Below, one piece after another: positions 19,166 to 29,756 of a stretch of 64,000 nt of DNA. Source of the DNA: an uncultured virus (IMG/VR IMGVR_UViG_3300010299_003477). Taxonomy: Duplodnaviria > Heunggongvirae > Uroviricota > Caudoviricetes. The stretch lies in IMG/VR virus record IMGVR_UViG_3300010299_003477; one strand, 5' to 3'. Position 1 is the stretch's first letter. Each line of letters starts with the position of its first letter. A program made the translations under genes and the position numbers. Below the pieces are notes generated by a model. It did no database searches, was not told where the DNA came from, and saw only the letters and a program-made list of their open reading frames with translations.

Positions 19166-22100
19166 CTATCCTTGATCATCTTCTTTATACAGTACATCAG
19201 CGCTGATTTTAATTGTCTCTACAAAAGATACATAGTCATAAGGCCAATTGTACTCTAACTTGTAAGTGTCTTTTGACAAATCATCTTTGTTTTTCTGAGT
19301 TTCATTTTTAGCTGCGTTTGTCTGAGAAGACGGAGTAGAGGAGCCAGCCTGAGATGGTATTAAATCTGCATATTTTGCTTGGCTTCTTTGTTTTACTTTA
19401 AAAACCATCCATCGAGTGTTTGAATTATTTATATCGTCAGCAGTTAGTAATTCATTGTCACCAAGAGTATGAGCAGTAGAAGAAACTGTTTTTGTTATCT
19501 TCTTATAGTTTCTTGGTGCCAAGTTCTGCCAAATGTAATTTAAATCATCTTTATCAAACTTGTATTCAAACTCAAAGAAATACATTACCATTGGATCTGC
19601 ATCTGGATTATTTAAGAAATCAAATTGAGGTGGTAGAATGTATTGTTGCATTGCTTCAACTTGTCTTCTGATGGACTCGCCCGCGTAATCAAGGGAGTCT
19701 CCCTCTGACGATCCTATTGCGCTTTGCAAGCTAGCTTCGATTCTTGCTTGATCAATCTCAAAGAATGTTTTTGTTGCGCCACTAGATTCTTCTTGGTAAG
19801 GAACTGCAACAATAGCTTCTTTAATTGTTTTGCTTTCAGCTAACTGACCAAGCTTAACTGAAACATTTTCTTCTGTAAAGTTTATAACGTCAGTAAGCGG
19901 CTTCATTGTCTGGAACATATTGTTTCCGTTTCCAGCAGCATCATTTTTATTGTAGATACTGTTGTTGTCAATAACGTCATAATGCCCGCGTAGCCAATCA
20001 GAAGGAATATCGCCAATTTCTAAGAAGATTCCTTTTGTCTCATCTGGTTCCACCACACCAAACTGATGCCAAATGCCTCGTGGAGCCGAATGAGATGCAT
20101 AAGTTGGAACCGAGAAAGTTGAATTTGCATCTGTAATTGGTCTAACACCTTTGTTGTTGAAGTTAGGCATTGGAGTTTCCATTTTTGGCTGGATAACCCA
20201 ACGCGAGCCAACATACTCGTCTTCAGATAGTACTTCGTTGCCAAAGTTATCGGTTCTAACTTTCTGGATTCTTTCAACGCCAAATGATGCAATACTTGCG
20301 CTTAATTGCATCGCGTTAGCATTAACGTTTTTGCCGTCGTAAATTAAATCACCGTATGTTGCAGAGCTACCAGAGAAAGCTATGTTTCCGCTAAGGGTTC
20401 CAATCAACTGCGTACCTGTCCAGTTAGTGATGTTTGGTCCACTTGGGACAGAAGAAGCTGATGGACCTGGATCACATCTCCAATACTTTGTTTTTGCTTC
20501 TGAAAGAATCTTTTCAAGATCGTAAGATTCGCCAGCATTTGGCTCGAAAACAATATCAAGCCAAGCTTCACCGTTGTAATAAGGAGGCGTATAGGACCAG
20601 TTAAATCCGTTTAGCGAATCTATTGGGTGAGATGCTGTAATATAAGATCCAGAAGCTTCTCCTAAATCTGGTCTGCCTGCTATCGGAGGACCGAAAGCGC
20701 TTGGACGACTGTAAAGAGTGAACGACTCTTGGAATTCATCGGCAGAAAGCTGTCTTGGATCCTGTGGTAGTGGATATGTTCTTCTATTAACAAATGTGTT
20801 GGCACCTGAGTCATAGAATCTCGCACCGTAAGTGCTGTACGCAGAGTTGTTGCCTGCCGCGCCAGATTCGCTCGTATAAATTCTACTACCGCTAACAGAC
20901 CTTCTTAGTTTTAGTCTTGCACCGTAAATGCTCCCAGATTCAAATCTTAAATCATTTGAAACAACATCAGATTGCAATCTTGTGTATTGAGAATCCTTCA
21001 AGAAAAAGTTAGCCATTTCACCAAAGTAGTTAGAAGCCATTCTGGTGTAAAGATCATCAATCTCGTTTACAGTAAACGAAGCCGTTGCATCTAGCGATGC
21101 AGATGGGTGAGGTTCCATATCAAGGAAAGTCAAACCAGCAATATGTTTTTCTGGTCGAATAATAGCTTCAAATGGGATTCGTTTCTGCCAAACAGAGCCA
21201 CCTTGATAATCTGTTGGTCCAGAGCCAGTAATAGTTGTTAACATCCACTGTGCAGTATCGTCTGTGCTACTAACAGTTCCAAAATGATTTTTGGAAAGTT
21301 TGGTTAAAGTTGAGCCGATAGGGTAATCAACAGCCATACCAGATTTAATGGTGTTGTAAAGAATGCCTGGGGCGAACAAAGGCTGGACCAATGGTCTAAC
21401 ACCGCCGTCTGTGCCATTGGCAATATTTGCACTATTGTTGAAAGCTTGGATTGATTTTCCATAAGAATTTTTAAACTGCTCAACAAGATCAGCGCTTCTT
21501 TGTGCAGGATAAAAACCCTTGTAAGGCATTAGTCTAATCGACGCGCTACAAGCTAATCTAATTTCTTTTGGTGCCAAGCCTGTCTTGTTAGAAATGTTAG
21601 CAAATCCTTCCATAAACTCGGCATTTGAATAATCATTATAAAAGTTTGTTTGAGAACTATCAATGCCAGTTCCAACGACCTCAAAAGTATCTTTTGTTCT
21701 GCCAAGTCCAAATTTTCTATAATCAGAAATGTGTTCGCTTAATCTAAACTCTGGAACAACAGCGTAACCTTTGCTGACCAAAGAAAGTTCTTCTTTATAA
21801 GAATCATAATCATCAAACCACGGTTCAGAAGGATAAGAAACAAACTCATTTGTTGAACCGCTCTTTTGTATAATGCCCGCATTTGCTGGGGCATCCCAGA
21901 AAGCTTCACCAGCAAAACGATCATAGTTGTTAAACTGAGCAGAAACGCTACCCTTGACAATAGATCCTGTTTCTGGGATTGGAATGCCAGAAGGTGAAAC
22001 AACAGAACCTGGGGCACCAAGAAGATGCTTTCTTGAATAAAGGGCGCTTATTGCCCTGTTTCTGATCTTTGTTTGTGTGTTTAAAGACGCTGTTGTGTAG

Positions 22101-25100
22101 TGGGCGTGTAGATACTCATTTTGCAACTCACCGGCAGAGTTAGAAGAAATTAAAGCATCAAATATTCCATCAGTTGGAATAGACGATATTCCGCTTAATG
22201 TTCTCGTCAAAAAGTCAGAAGGAGCGTCAAGTACCCAAGCAGATTGAGTCACCAAAACGCCATACGAATTTGTTTGAACTGAAGAAGTATGTAAGTCTAT
22301 TCTTTCTTGCTGTGTCGCTCGCCAGTATAGGTTGTCGTACCCAACTCTTGTTGAAGAAGCTGTGGTTAGTTCTAACTTTCTAGTCGGGAAAAGCGCTTCA
22401 GAATACATAACCCAATTTAAAGTATAAGCATTTGGGTTATTTTGTGGAAGTTGAAGCAACTGATCGAACAACAACGTTTTATTTTGAATCTTTCCAGCGA
22501 AGACTTTTTGATTTAAATCTTTATCGCTGAAATATAGATTTTCATTATTATAAGTTGTTTTTAGTGTTATATTGCTTCCATTAGCATCCATGTTAATATA
22601 AACTGGTGCGTTACGGCTACTGAATGGCTTGGTTGAGTATCTAGAAATAGAAGCACCATCATAAATCGTTAAGGTATTTTCTCTTGCGTGTTTTCTTAAA
22701 ACAGGGTGAGAAGCAGGACCAGTATAAGGCGTGCGTCGATAACCAAAGTTGTATTTACGCTTTGAGAAAGTTAAGTTAACAAAGTCTGCATTGCCATTTA
22801 AGTCTGACAACAAGCCAGGAATTGTATCGATTAAATCTGTATTATAATAATTTTGTGAAGGCGTGCCAGTGCCATAGCCCATAACATTGTTGCTTGCAGA
22901 ATCAACTGGTTCAGCAATGTAAATGTTGAGATCTAATGTTGGCTGGTAAAGTGAGGCTGTGCCTGACGCACCAAGAACATCTGAAGCAGATACAAACGGG
23001 AAATAAGCTTCATAACGTAAACCGCTGCTGCTACTGTATTGATAGTAGCCAGTTTGAGGTCCAGATGTTGGAGCATAGCCATAGTATCTAATGTCTCCGT
23101 TATGCGCCTGAGAGGCGAGCGAAGCAGTAATCCAAGCGTATTGTCTATCTGCTCTTGGAATCTGATGTTGAACAAAGAAATTATCAAACTGAGATGAAGA
23201 AATAAAAGCACCAGAAGAATCTTGTTTGATAACACGCAAAGTATTGCGGTTCATTTTATTTAATGTTGGTGCTTGGGAATAAGACGCACCAGGGTTGGTG
23301 ACTAAATCTGGGTGCCTACCGAATCTACCAGCATGAGTAGCAAGATTTTTGATTAAACCAAAGTCTTGACTATTAATGTCGGAAACTCTGATGCCTGTTG
23401 TACCTGCACCAACAGTTTCGGAAACAGTTCCAGATATATTTTGGAACGGTCTACGAACAGTTAAATTGCGGTAGTTGATAGCATTGTAAGCAGAATATTC
23501 ATTTGCTCTTATGTCGCCATAGCCTTGACCGATTGATTCAATACCACCAGGAGAAGAGAATCTACTGCGAATAATGCTTTTATTATTAGCGTTGCTGTGC
23601 AAATAGTTCACAGCATAATCAGGAACAAATTCAGTATGAGACTCATCTGTTCTGCGAATATCAAGGATAGATCGAGCCTGCGAAGCCGAAGGTGTTTGAG
23701 TTATTTCAACTGGTAAAGTTGGAGGATTATCAACAAATGCTCTTGGATTGGCATATCCACCAACGCTACTAACAACTTCATAGTTTTTATAGTAGTTTCC
23801 AAGAATAGTGGAGCCTGTTGTTGTATTAATATTGCGAATATTAACAGGACGCTTTGCCGTAAAATCTCTGTAATAAACTGCTTTTTGAGAAGCTGTCATT
23901 GGGTAAGGAGTTTCACCAACTTCATTTGCTTCTGGATATGGATAATCTGCACCAACCATACCAATCGCGCCAGTAAAATCAGCAGTTGAGCGGCAAGAAG
24001 GATCGTTTAGAGTGCCAAGTAATAATTTCCAAGCTTCTGGGCGATTAGTATAATCGTCAGAGCCTTGATTTATTTTAACGTGTCGGGACTGGTGACCACC
24101 AACTGCATAATCTGTGAACGGACCTTGCATTGGTCGTTCCATGTCAGAGCCGTAAACGTCGTTGTGCAAGTTAACAATCTCAACGTTTCCAGTAACTTTC
24201 TCGACAACTTGTTTGTTGTATCCAGTAGTAACATCAGATTTAACAACATTGAATGGGAATATTCTAGAAGACTTTAAGTTGTAATAACCAAGACCATCTT
24301 CCCATTGTCTACCATATTGAACTTTAAAGTTTCTTTTGATTTTGACACTTGGAGCAGATCCAGTTTCGCTGTTTTCTGGTAGCGCGCCAATGTCCTCTGC
24401 TTTTGCAAGAAGAACGTTTGTTGGAACAAAAACCCCACCATCTGTATTGACTGGTCCTGCTGGATAAAGAGCGGCGTAGGTTAAGCCAAGATCTTTATTG
24501 TTATTAAAGTTTGTTCCGCCCTTCACAACATGACGAGTTGCCATTGTTAGTTTGTAAGGCTTTGCGCGAGTTCGTAAAACATCAACAGAACCTTGATACT
24601 CAACCGCCCCATTTGTACTTAAAGTTGGAGCAGATTGATCGTTTGCAATATCTATTGTTTCACGAATTGTTTCTCTTTGAGCATTTACGGTTGTATCGCC
24701 AGATGTTATTGTGGTATTAACATCGCGTTGTGCTCTTTCTTTCCACCAAAGAGTATTTTGATCTTGCGAACCACCGATAGGAGCATGATTAATTTTCCAG
24801 TTATAAAGTAACTTATTGATACCAAGAATAGGGAACTTTGGTTCTGGAACAGTTTCTTTGATAATTGGTAGCGGAGTTTTATATTTGTTTCTTTCTAAAA
24901 CGTGGCTTTCAATGATATTGTAAGCATCTTCAACAACTGGCGAAGATGCCGGTAACAATTGTGCGACAACAGAAGCCAACGCATCGTCTATCCATTTATA
25001 ATACTCAATAAACTTTTCAACGTTAGAAACAGTTGAGACTTTTCTAAAGAAGTTTTCTCTTAGTTTCTCAAGTTTCTTGTAGCGACCGCGATAACGCTGA

Positions 25101-28100
25101 ACTGGCTCGCCAATAACATTATGAAAATCAACAACACCAGCAAAGAAATCAAGCATTTCTTGAGATACCGCAGAGTACATGCTTTTTTCAATCGTGTGGA
25201 AATACTTTGGTCTAACCTCGCTGACACCAAATAAATTTTGTGAATCAGAAAGAACTTTGATCATATTAGAAGAAATAGCTGTTTCTGGCTCAAGAAGCCT
25301 CATTGCATTAACAAGGTTATTTTTGACAACATCAGTTGAAGATGTAGCAAAACCATATCCATAACCAGTATGCTGATAACCGCCAATCGCGCCGATCCAT
25401 CCGTAGTTATCTCTTATTTCTGATGAACCAGAGCTATTATCAGTTACATAATAAAAGTTACCGCTTGAATCTGAACCTGTTATGTTGGAGAATGTCCAAT
25501 GTAGCGCTAGCGAGTTTGCGTTTTTTACATCTACTTGTTTTAAATTAGAATCAAGGGCAGATAAATTTTTATAAGACCCAGAGATGCCGCCGTTATTTAA
25601 ATCAAATGCGTGATGTTGTAAGTCAGAATCTTCAAGATACTTTGTCCAGTATTTAACGTTTGAGATAAGAACATCAGATCTTGTATCTAATGCTCCAGTT
25701 ATGTTAGTACGACGAGCGCCAGCGTAAATTCTTTTTGCGCTTTTTAAGAAATCTTGACCTGTTGTTTTAGAGAGCGAGCCAGTTAGCGTGAAAGTATTTT
25801 CAATAGTTCCATTGACTGAATTGATTCCGCTAAATTCAAGATCGTAGGTGTATCCACTGGAGCCAGAAACCAAATCTGCATACGGATAGTTTGACGGTTT
25901 TAGACGAACAGCAAAAGACCAATCATCATTATCGTAAGTTCCGAGGAAGAAACTACTGGTTAACTCTGGGAATGGATTTGGAGAAATTGAGGAAGTTAAC
26001 TTAAAATAAACTCCCTTTGACCATTGCTTGTCTCTAATCGCATAAACTTGGAAGTTTACAGGATCAGTAGACGCCCAAGTGGTATCAGATGCAGAAGCAG
26101 TATTCGCCAAAGCCATACCGAATAGTGACACATCAGTATAGTTTCTGTTGACTGTTTCGTCAATACGTTCAAATGCCGGGAAGGTTGTTTTTACTTCCAG
26201 CGTAAAGCCGTATCTTGCTTCTTTGTCGGTCGAGTAGGAACCAGAAATATAATCAAGAGATTCAGCGTTAGTTGGATCTGCTTTCTGATAAACAACACCA
26301 GCAAGATTATTGTTGTCGTTAAAATTAACTTGAGAGTTTGGCTCTAGATTAATTTGTAAATTAGATTCTAAATCATAAATCTCACGATCTGAATATGTTT
26401 TGAACTTAATAACTCTATCGTCAAAATTGAAACATCTAAAAGCATTTCTGATTGCTTTTTCTGTTCCTTTCGCTTTGTAGATTCCCGCAAGACTGTTGTA
26501 AAGGTTAAGATAAATTAAATTTTTTGCATCGTTTAAATCAGATTCCATGAATTGATCATCAGAACGATTTAAAAACTTCTCCATAACCGTGGAATCTACA
26601 AAGATCTCTGGCATATAAAGACCAAGAGATTGAGGTAAATGTTGTGCAAATGGCACTGGCTTTGCAGATGCCGATGTGTGTTGTAGAAACTTTAACGATG
26701 GAATAGATTGAATTTGTAAAGTTAGTTTATCAAGATAAGCACCAACAATATGCGAAACCATACGAAGATCTGATGTATCCTCTTCTGCTTCTTCGATAAC
26801 CCAGGAAGGCATCATGTTTACAAACATGGAGTTATTGTTTCTATCGTGGAAAGAACCTTTATTTAATAGATCAGTCTTCAAAGAAGCAACATCTGGGTGA
26901 TCAGAATAAATTATTGGATCTAAATATTCGCTTGTTGCGTTTGTAGAAAGCACCATCGCGGAGCTTGTTGAGCGAGAATTGGAGCCATAGCCTGTCCATG
27001 TTCCGTTACCGATTCGCCCAGAATAGTCAAGGACACTACTATCTGTTGTTGTATTCCCAACAATACCTTCGTTAAACTTATAATACAAGCCAAGAGTTGT
27101 GTTGCTAACATCTGTATTCGCGCCACCTCTAACTTGAGATTTCCAATATCTTGCAATATCTCTTGCAGATCGGGTAGCATTCCAAAATCTAAATTCGTCT
27201 AACGAACCACTTAATTTACCAGCGCCAGCAGATGCAGTTGAGCCAGACGGACTTGTGATTAGGGCACCGATGCGACCTTGCATGTTTTTTGAGTTTAGTT
27301 CGCTAAGCGCCCCAGCAGTCGTATTCTCGTCATTTAAAACCCCATCTACATAAAGCTTTGTGATCAAGTTTGTTCCAGAGTTATAGAACACAAAAGCATA
27401 GTGAGCGTAGCTCCCAAGAGATGCAGTTGTTAAAGAAGCACCAATTGATTGTTGGTAAATGCCAGATGTTCCAGCTTGCGCTGTAATAAGAAACGGACTA
27501 CCACTAGAAGAGCCAGTTAGTTCAATTGTTAAGCGACCGTAATCAGCGCTGGAAGATAAGTTATTGTTCCAGATGTCAAGAACAACTTCTTTTTCTGTCA
27601 AACTTGTTGAGAAAGCGTCTTTCTTTAGCCAGAACTCAACAGTAACACCATTATCAAAATTAGATTTTAAATTTGATTCTCTCGTGCCTACACCATAATC
27701 AGAAGGCAATCCAGCAGTTGTGTATAAATCATCGTCGTAGATGTTTGAAAACTGGAACTTGCTGTTTTTGTCTGTTGGAAAAGCTTCTGATAGTTTGGTA
27801 AAACTAGTTTTGTTAGGTCCACCGTCAAAAGAAATATATTCTAACGTCGCTGGTAGACCATAACCATCAGCAGTAGAAGACAAAGAACCCCAACCATCAG
27901 CGGAAAAGTTAGCTAAACCGTTTGTTCTTGGGTATAGGTTATTGAAAATGTATTTTTCAATATCTAGTAATTTGTTGTAGTATTCTGTTATTTCCGCATC
28001 AGATCCATCGTATGGATAATAATCATGAACTTGTTTGATTGCGGAATCATAATACAAGTAAGCAGAACCATAGCGAGAAAAGTTTTCTGGCTCAGAGTAA

Positions 28101-28249
28101 TCAATCTGTGGAATAAACTCTTGTTGCTTTGTAGATAAAGCACGAAGATTTCGATCTGATTCAACTGACTCAAAAGCTTCTTTTTGATCTGTTTTAGAAA
28201 GATAGTTTCTTGTCTTGTTTGACGAATCAAAAAGTTTTTTAATACTCAT
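19166..28249 (-). CDS. Giant baseplate wedge-like protein with LamG/concanavalin-A-like domains
   Basis: 3027 aa; LamG motifs TVEFWLK, HYAFV, LYVDG, GSLDEFRFW; IYKAKGTEKAIR resembles the KGT motif of gpI/gp7-type wedge proteins. Confidence 0.75.
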   Translation of the reverse strand: MSIKKLFDSSNKTRNYLSKTDQKEAFESVESDRNLRALSTKQQEFIPQIDYSEPENFSRYGSAYLYYDSAIKQVHDYYPYDGSDAEITEYYNKLLDIEKYIFNNLYPRTNGLANFSADGWGSLSSTADGYGLPATLEYISFDGGPNKTSFTKLSEAFPTDKNSKFQFSNIYDDDLYTTAGLPSDYGVGTRESNLKSNFDNGVTVEFWLKKDAFSTSLTEKEVVLDIWNNNLSSSADYGRLTIELTGSSSGSPFLITAQAGTSGIYQQSIGASLTTASLGSYAHYAFVFYNSGTNLITKLYVDGVLNDENTTAGALSELNSKNMQGRIGALITSPSGSTASAGAGKLSGSLDEFRFWNATRSARDIARYWKSQVRGGANTDVSNTTLGLYYKFNEGIVGNTTTDSSVLDYSGRIGNGTWTGYGSNSRSTSSAMVLSTNATSEYLDPIIYSDHPDVASLKTDLLNKGSFHDRNNNSMFVNMMPSWVIEEAEEDTSDLRMVSHIVGAYLDKLTLQIQSIPSLKFLQHTSASAKPVPFAQHLPQSLGLYMPEIFVDSTVMEKFLNRSDDQFMESDLNDAKNLIYLNLYNSLAGIYKAKGTEKAIRNAFRCFNFDDRVIKFKTYSDREIYDLESNLQINLEPNSQVNFNDNNNLAGVVYQKADPTNAESLDYISGSYSTDKEARYGFTLEVKTTFPAFERIDETVNRNYTDVSLFGMALANTASASDTTWASTDPVNFQVYAIRDKQWSKGVYFKLTSSISPNPFPELTSSFFLGTYDNDDWSFAVRLKPSNYPYADLVSGSSGYTYDLEFSGINSVNGTIENTFTLTGSLSKTTGQDFLKSAKRIYAGARRTNITGALDTRSDVLISNVKYWTKYLEDSDLQHHAFDLNNGGISGSYKNLSALDSNLKQVDVKNANSLALHWTFSNITGSDSSGNFYYVTDNSSGSSEIRDNYGWIGAIGGYQHTGYGYGFATSSTDVVKNNLVNAMRLLEPETAISSNMIKVLSDSQNLFGVSEVRPKYFHTIEKSMYSAVSQEMLDFFAGVVDFHNVIGEPVQRYRGRYKKLEKLRENFFRKVSTVSNVEKFIEYYKWIDDALASVVAQLLPASSPVVEDAYNIIESHVLERNKYKTPLPIIKETVPEPKFPILGINKLLYNWKINHAPIGGSQDQNTLWWKERAQRDVNTTITSGDTTVNAQRETIRETIDIANDQSAPTLSTNGAVEYQGSVDVLRTRAKPYKLTMATRHVVKGGTNFNNNKDLGLTYAALYPAGPVNTDGGVFVPTNVLLAKAEDIGALPENSETGSAPSVKIKRNFKVQYGRQWEDGLGYYNLKSSRIFPFNVVKSDVTTGYNKQVVEKVTGNVEIVNLHNDVYGSDMERPMQGPFTDYAVGGHQSRHVKINQGSDDYTNRPEAWKLLLGTLNDPSCRSTADFTGAIGMVGADYPYPEANEVGETPYPMTASQKAVYYRDFTAKRPVNIRNINTTTGSTILGNYYKNYEVVSSVGGYANPRAFVDNPPTLPVEITQTPSASQARSILDIRRTDESHTEFVPDYAVNYLHSNANNKSIIRSRFSSPGGIESIGQGYGDIRANEYSAYNAINYRNLTVRRPFQNISGTVSETVGAGTTGIRVSDINSQDFGLIKNLATHAGRFGRHPDLVTNPGASYSQAPTLNKMNRNTLRVIKQDSSGAFISSSQFDNFFVQHQIPRADRQYAWITASLASQAHNGDIRYYGYAPTSGPQTGYYQYSSSSGLRYEAYFPFVSASDVLGASGTASLYQPTLDLNIYIAEPVDSASNNVMGYGTGTPSQNYYNTDLIDTIPGLLSDLNGNADFVNLTFSKRKYNFGYRRTPYTGPASHPVLRKHARENTLTIYDGASISRYSTKPFSSRNAPVYINMDANGSNITLKTTYNNENLYFSDKDLNQKVFAGKIQNKTLLFDQLLQLPQNNPNAYTLNWVMYSEALFPTRKLELTTASSTRVGYDNLYWRATQQERIDLHTSSVQTNSYGVLVTQSAWVLDAPSDFLTRTLSGISSIPTDGIFDALISSNSAGELQNEYLHAHYTTASLNTQTKIRNRAISALYSRKHLLGAPGSVVSPSGIPIPETGSIVKGSVSAQFNNYDRFAGEAFWDAPANAGIIQKSGSTNEFVSYPSEPWFDDYDSYKEELSLVSKGYAVVPEFRLSEHISDYRKFGLGRTKDTFEVVGTGIDSSQTNFYNDYSNAEFMEGFANISNKTGLAPKEIRLACSASIRLMPYKGFYPAQRSADLVEQFKNSYGKSIQAFNNSANIANGTDGGVRPLVQPLFAPGILYNTIKSGMAVDYPIGSTLTKLSKNHFGTVSSTDDTAQWMLTTITGSGPTDYQGGSVWQKRIPFEAIIRPEKHIAGLTFLDMEPHPSASLDATASFTVNEIDDLYTRMASNYFGEMANFFLKDSQYTRLQSDVVSNDLRFESGSIYGARLKLRRSVSGSRIYTSESGAAGNNSAYSTYGARFYDSGANTFVNRRTYPLPQDPRQLSADEFQESFTLYSRPSAFGPPIAGRPDLGEASGSYITASHPIDSLNGFNWSYTPPYYNGEAWLDIVFEPNAGESYDLEKILSEAKTKYWRCDPGPSASSVPSGPNITNWTGTQLIGTLSGNIAFSGSSATYGDLIYDGKNVNANAMQLSASIASFGVERIQKVRTDNFGNEVLSEDEYVGSRWVIQPKMETPMPNFNNKGVRPITDANSTFSVPTYASHSAPRGIWHQFGVVEPDETKGIFLEIGDIPSDWLRGHYDVIDNNSIYNKNDAAGNGNNMFQTMKPLTDVINFTEENVSVKLGQLAESKTIKEAIVAVPYQEESSGATKTFFEIDQARIEASLQSAIGSSEGDSLDYAGESIRRQVEAMQQYILPPQFDFLNNPDADPMVMYFFEFEYKFDKDDLNYIWQNLAPRNYKKITKTVSSTAHTLGDNELLTADDINNSNTRWMVFKVKQRSQAKYADLIPSQAGSSTPSSQTNAAKNETQKNKDDLSKDTYKLEYNWPYDYVSFVETIKISADVLYKEDDQG

Positions 28250-29756
28250 AGTCTTCTACTCTAAATTTAAATGTCTGTGGTTGTTCAATCCAAGATGATA
28301 ATTCTGGATCATAGAAAGAGAACTTAAACGCATAACCATACCCAGGCTCAAGAACTGACATATCAAAGTCGAAATAAGAACCTGAAATATCATAAGATAA
28401 AACAGTATGCGCGTCAGAACCAGTTCCGTATTCAATAGCCTCATATGCGTCCAAAAGTCGATAAACTCTGTACGAAGCGCTTTGAATAATCGTGGAAGGA
28501 GGGTCTGTTCTTGACACAGTATAAATACTTGGACTCCAGTTTTTATTGCGAACATAAAGGTTGAAACGTGGAGCTTCTGAAGTATTGTATTTGCTCTTCA
28601 AGTTTGTGATATTTATGTAATAAGAAAGTTTTGTTGCTGTCTGGGAAGCATACTGAACTACTGGCTTGATTGTGCCTGTAAAATATTGTGTTGAGCCTGA
28701 ATACCAAACATCAAATAAAGTTGTTATTGGTGTTGAAGCAGCAGTAATGCTGACAGAACAAGAGTAAATACCAGTCGAAACATACCCGCCAGTAGCAGGA
28801 GTGCTAACTGATTGATTCAAGGCGGAACCAGAAGGTCCGCTATTGTTAGCAGAACCAGAATAAAGATCAACGTAAATAGCACCCGTGCCAATATCTGGAA
28901 TATTGCGTAGCCTACCGCGAACATAATTGTATAAATATAATGTGTTTAAGTTGTCCTCTGCTGGTGCGAGAGAAGAACTGTAATAAAAGTTACCCCTATC
29001 ATCACGAGTAGAAGAATCCCAACGAGCCTCAATAATCGGTCTTTTAAAGAAATATTGAGAGCCGCGAGCAAAAAAACGTTTCGTATAATAAGATGTAGTA
29101 GCACCACCAGTATTATGAATAATACCACCATCGTCTAATCCTGTTGAACTTGAGTAATAAGCTTCTTGAGAAGAAGTTAAATGAACACCAACGCCATAGT
29201 TTTCTTGCGTTCCATCGATCCAGTTTTCAACTAGTGATGTAATATCAACTTCAAGATCTTCTAATCCAGTTTCAAAACTTTGAGAAAATAAATAACCTGA
29301 ACCTGTTAGGTAATCTCCACCCACGTTAGTCCAAGCAGCAGTATTGGAAGCAGACATCCAATTGGAGCCCTCGTTTCCTTTGGTATCATCTTGGTAAGTT
29401 TCCAAATCTAATCCGACGCCTTCTTGCCAAGATTGAGAAACAGCCGAAACTAAAAGCGTAAAACTTTCTGGAACTGTTTTGGAGTGCTGCGCGTTATAAA
29501 GCTTAAGATAAAAAGACACAGAACCAGATGCCGGAATCGTTCCTGCTGTCCTATCAGTTGAAATACTGGAAACAGGAAACTTAACTAAGATTCTAGAAAG
29601 TTCTTGCGAACCGCTTGCTTCCCTACCGTAAATTGAATAAACTTCCATTACGTCAGCATAGCCAGCGTTAGAGCCAGTAGCTCTTAACTTAAATCCTGGT
29701 TTAAAAGTATTTACTATCGTGTTATCGGCATCTGCTTTATATCTTTTAAAAGCCAT
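28239..29756 (-). CDS. Virion structural protein, DNRLRE-like beta-sandwich plus Ig-like C-terminus
   Basis: ADNTI, SRILVKF, SWQEG, EVDITSLVENW, RPIIE pattern. Confidence 0.65.
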   Translation of the reverse strand: MAFKRYKADADNTIVNTFKPGFKLRATGSNAGYADVMEVYSIYGREASGSQELSRILVKFPVSSISTDRTAGTIPASGSVSFYLKLYNAQHSKTVPESFTLLVSAVSQSWQEGVGLDLETYQDDTKGNEGSNWMSASNTAAWTNVGGDYLTGSGYLFSQSFETGLEDLEVDITSLVENWIDGTQENYGVGVHLTSSQEAYYSSSTGLDDGGIIHNTGGATTSYYTKRFFARGSQYFFKRPIIEARWDSSTRDDRGNFYYSSSLAPAEDNLNTLYLYNYVRGRLRNIPDIGTGAIYVDLYSGSANNSGPSGSALNQSVSTPATGGYVSTGIYSCSVSITAASTPITTLFDVWYSGSTQYFTGTIKPVVQYASQTATKLSYYINITNLKSKYNTSEAPRFNLYVRNKNWSPSIYTVSRTDPPSTIIQSASYRVYRLLDAYEAIEYGTGSDAHTVLSYDISGSYFDFDMSVLEPGYGYAFKFSFYDPELSSWIEQPQTFKFRVEDYEY

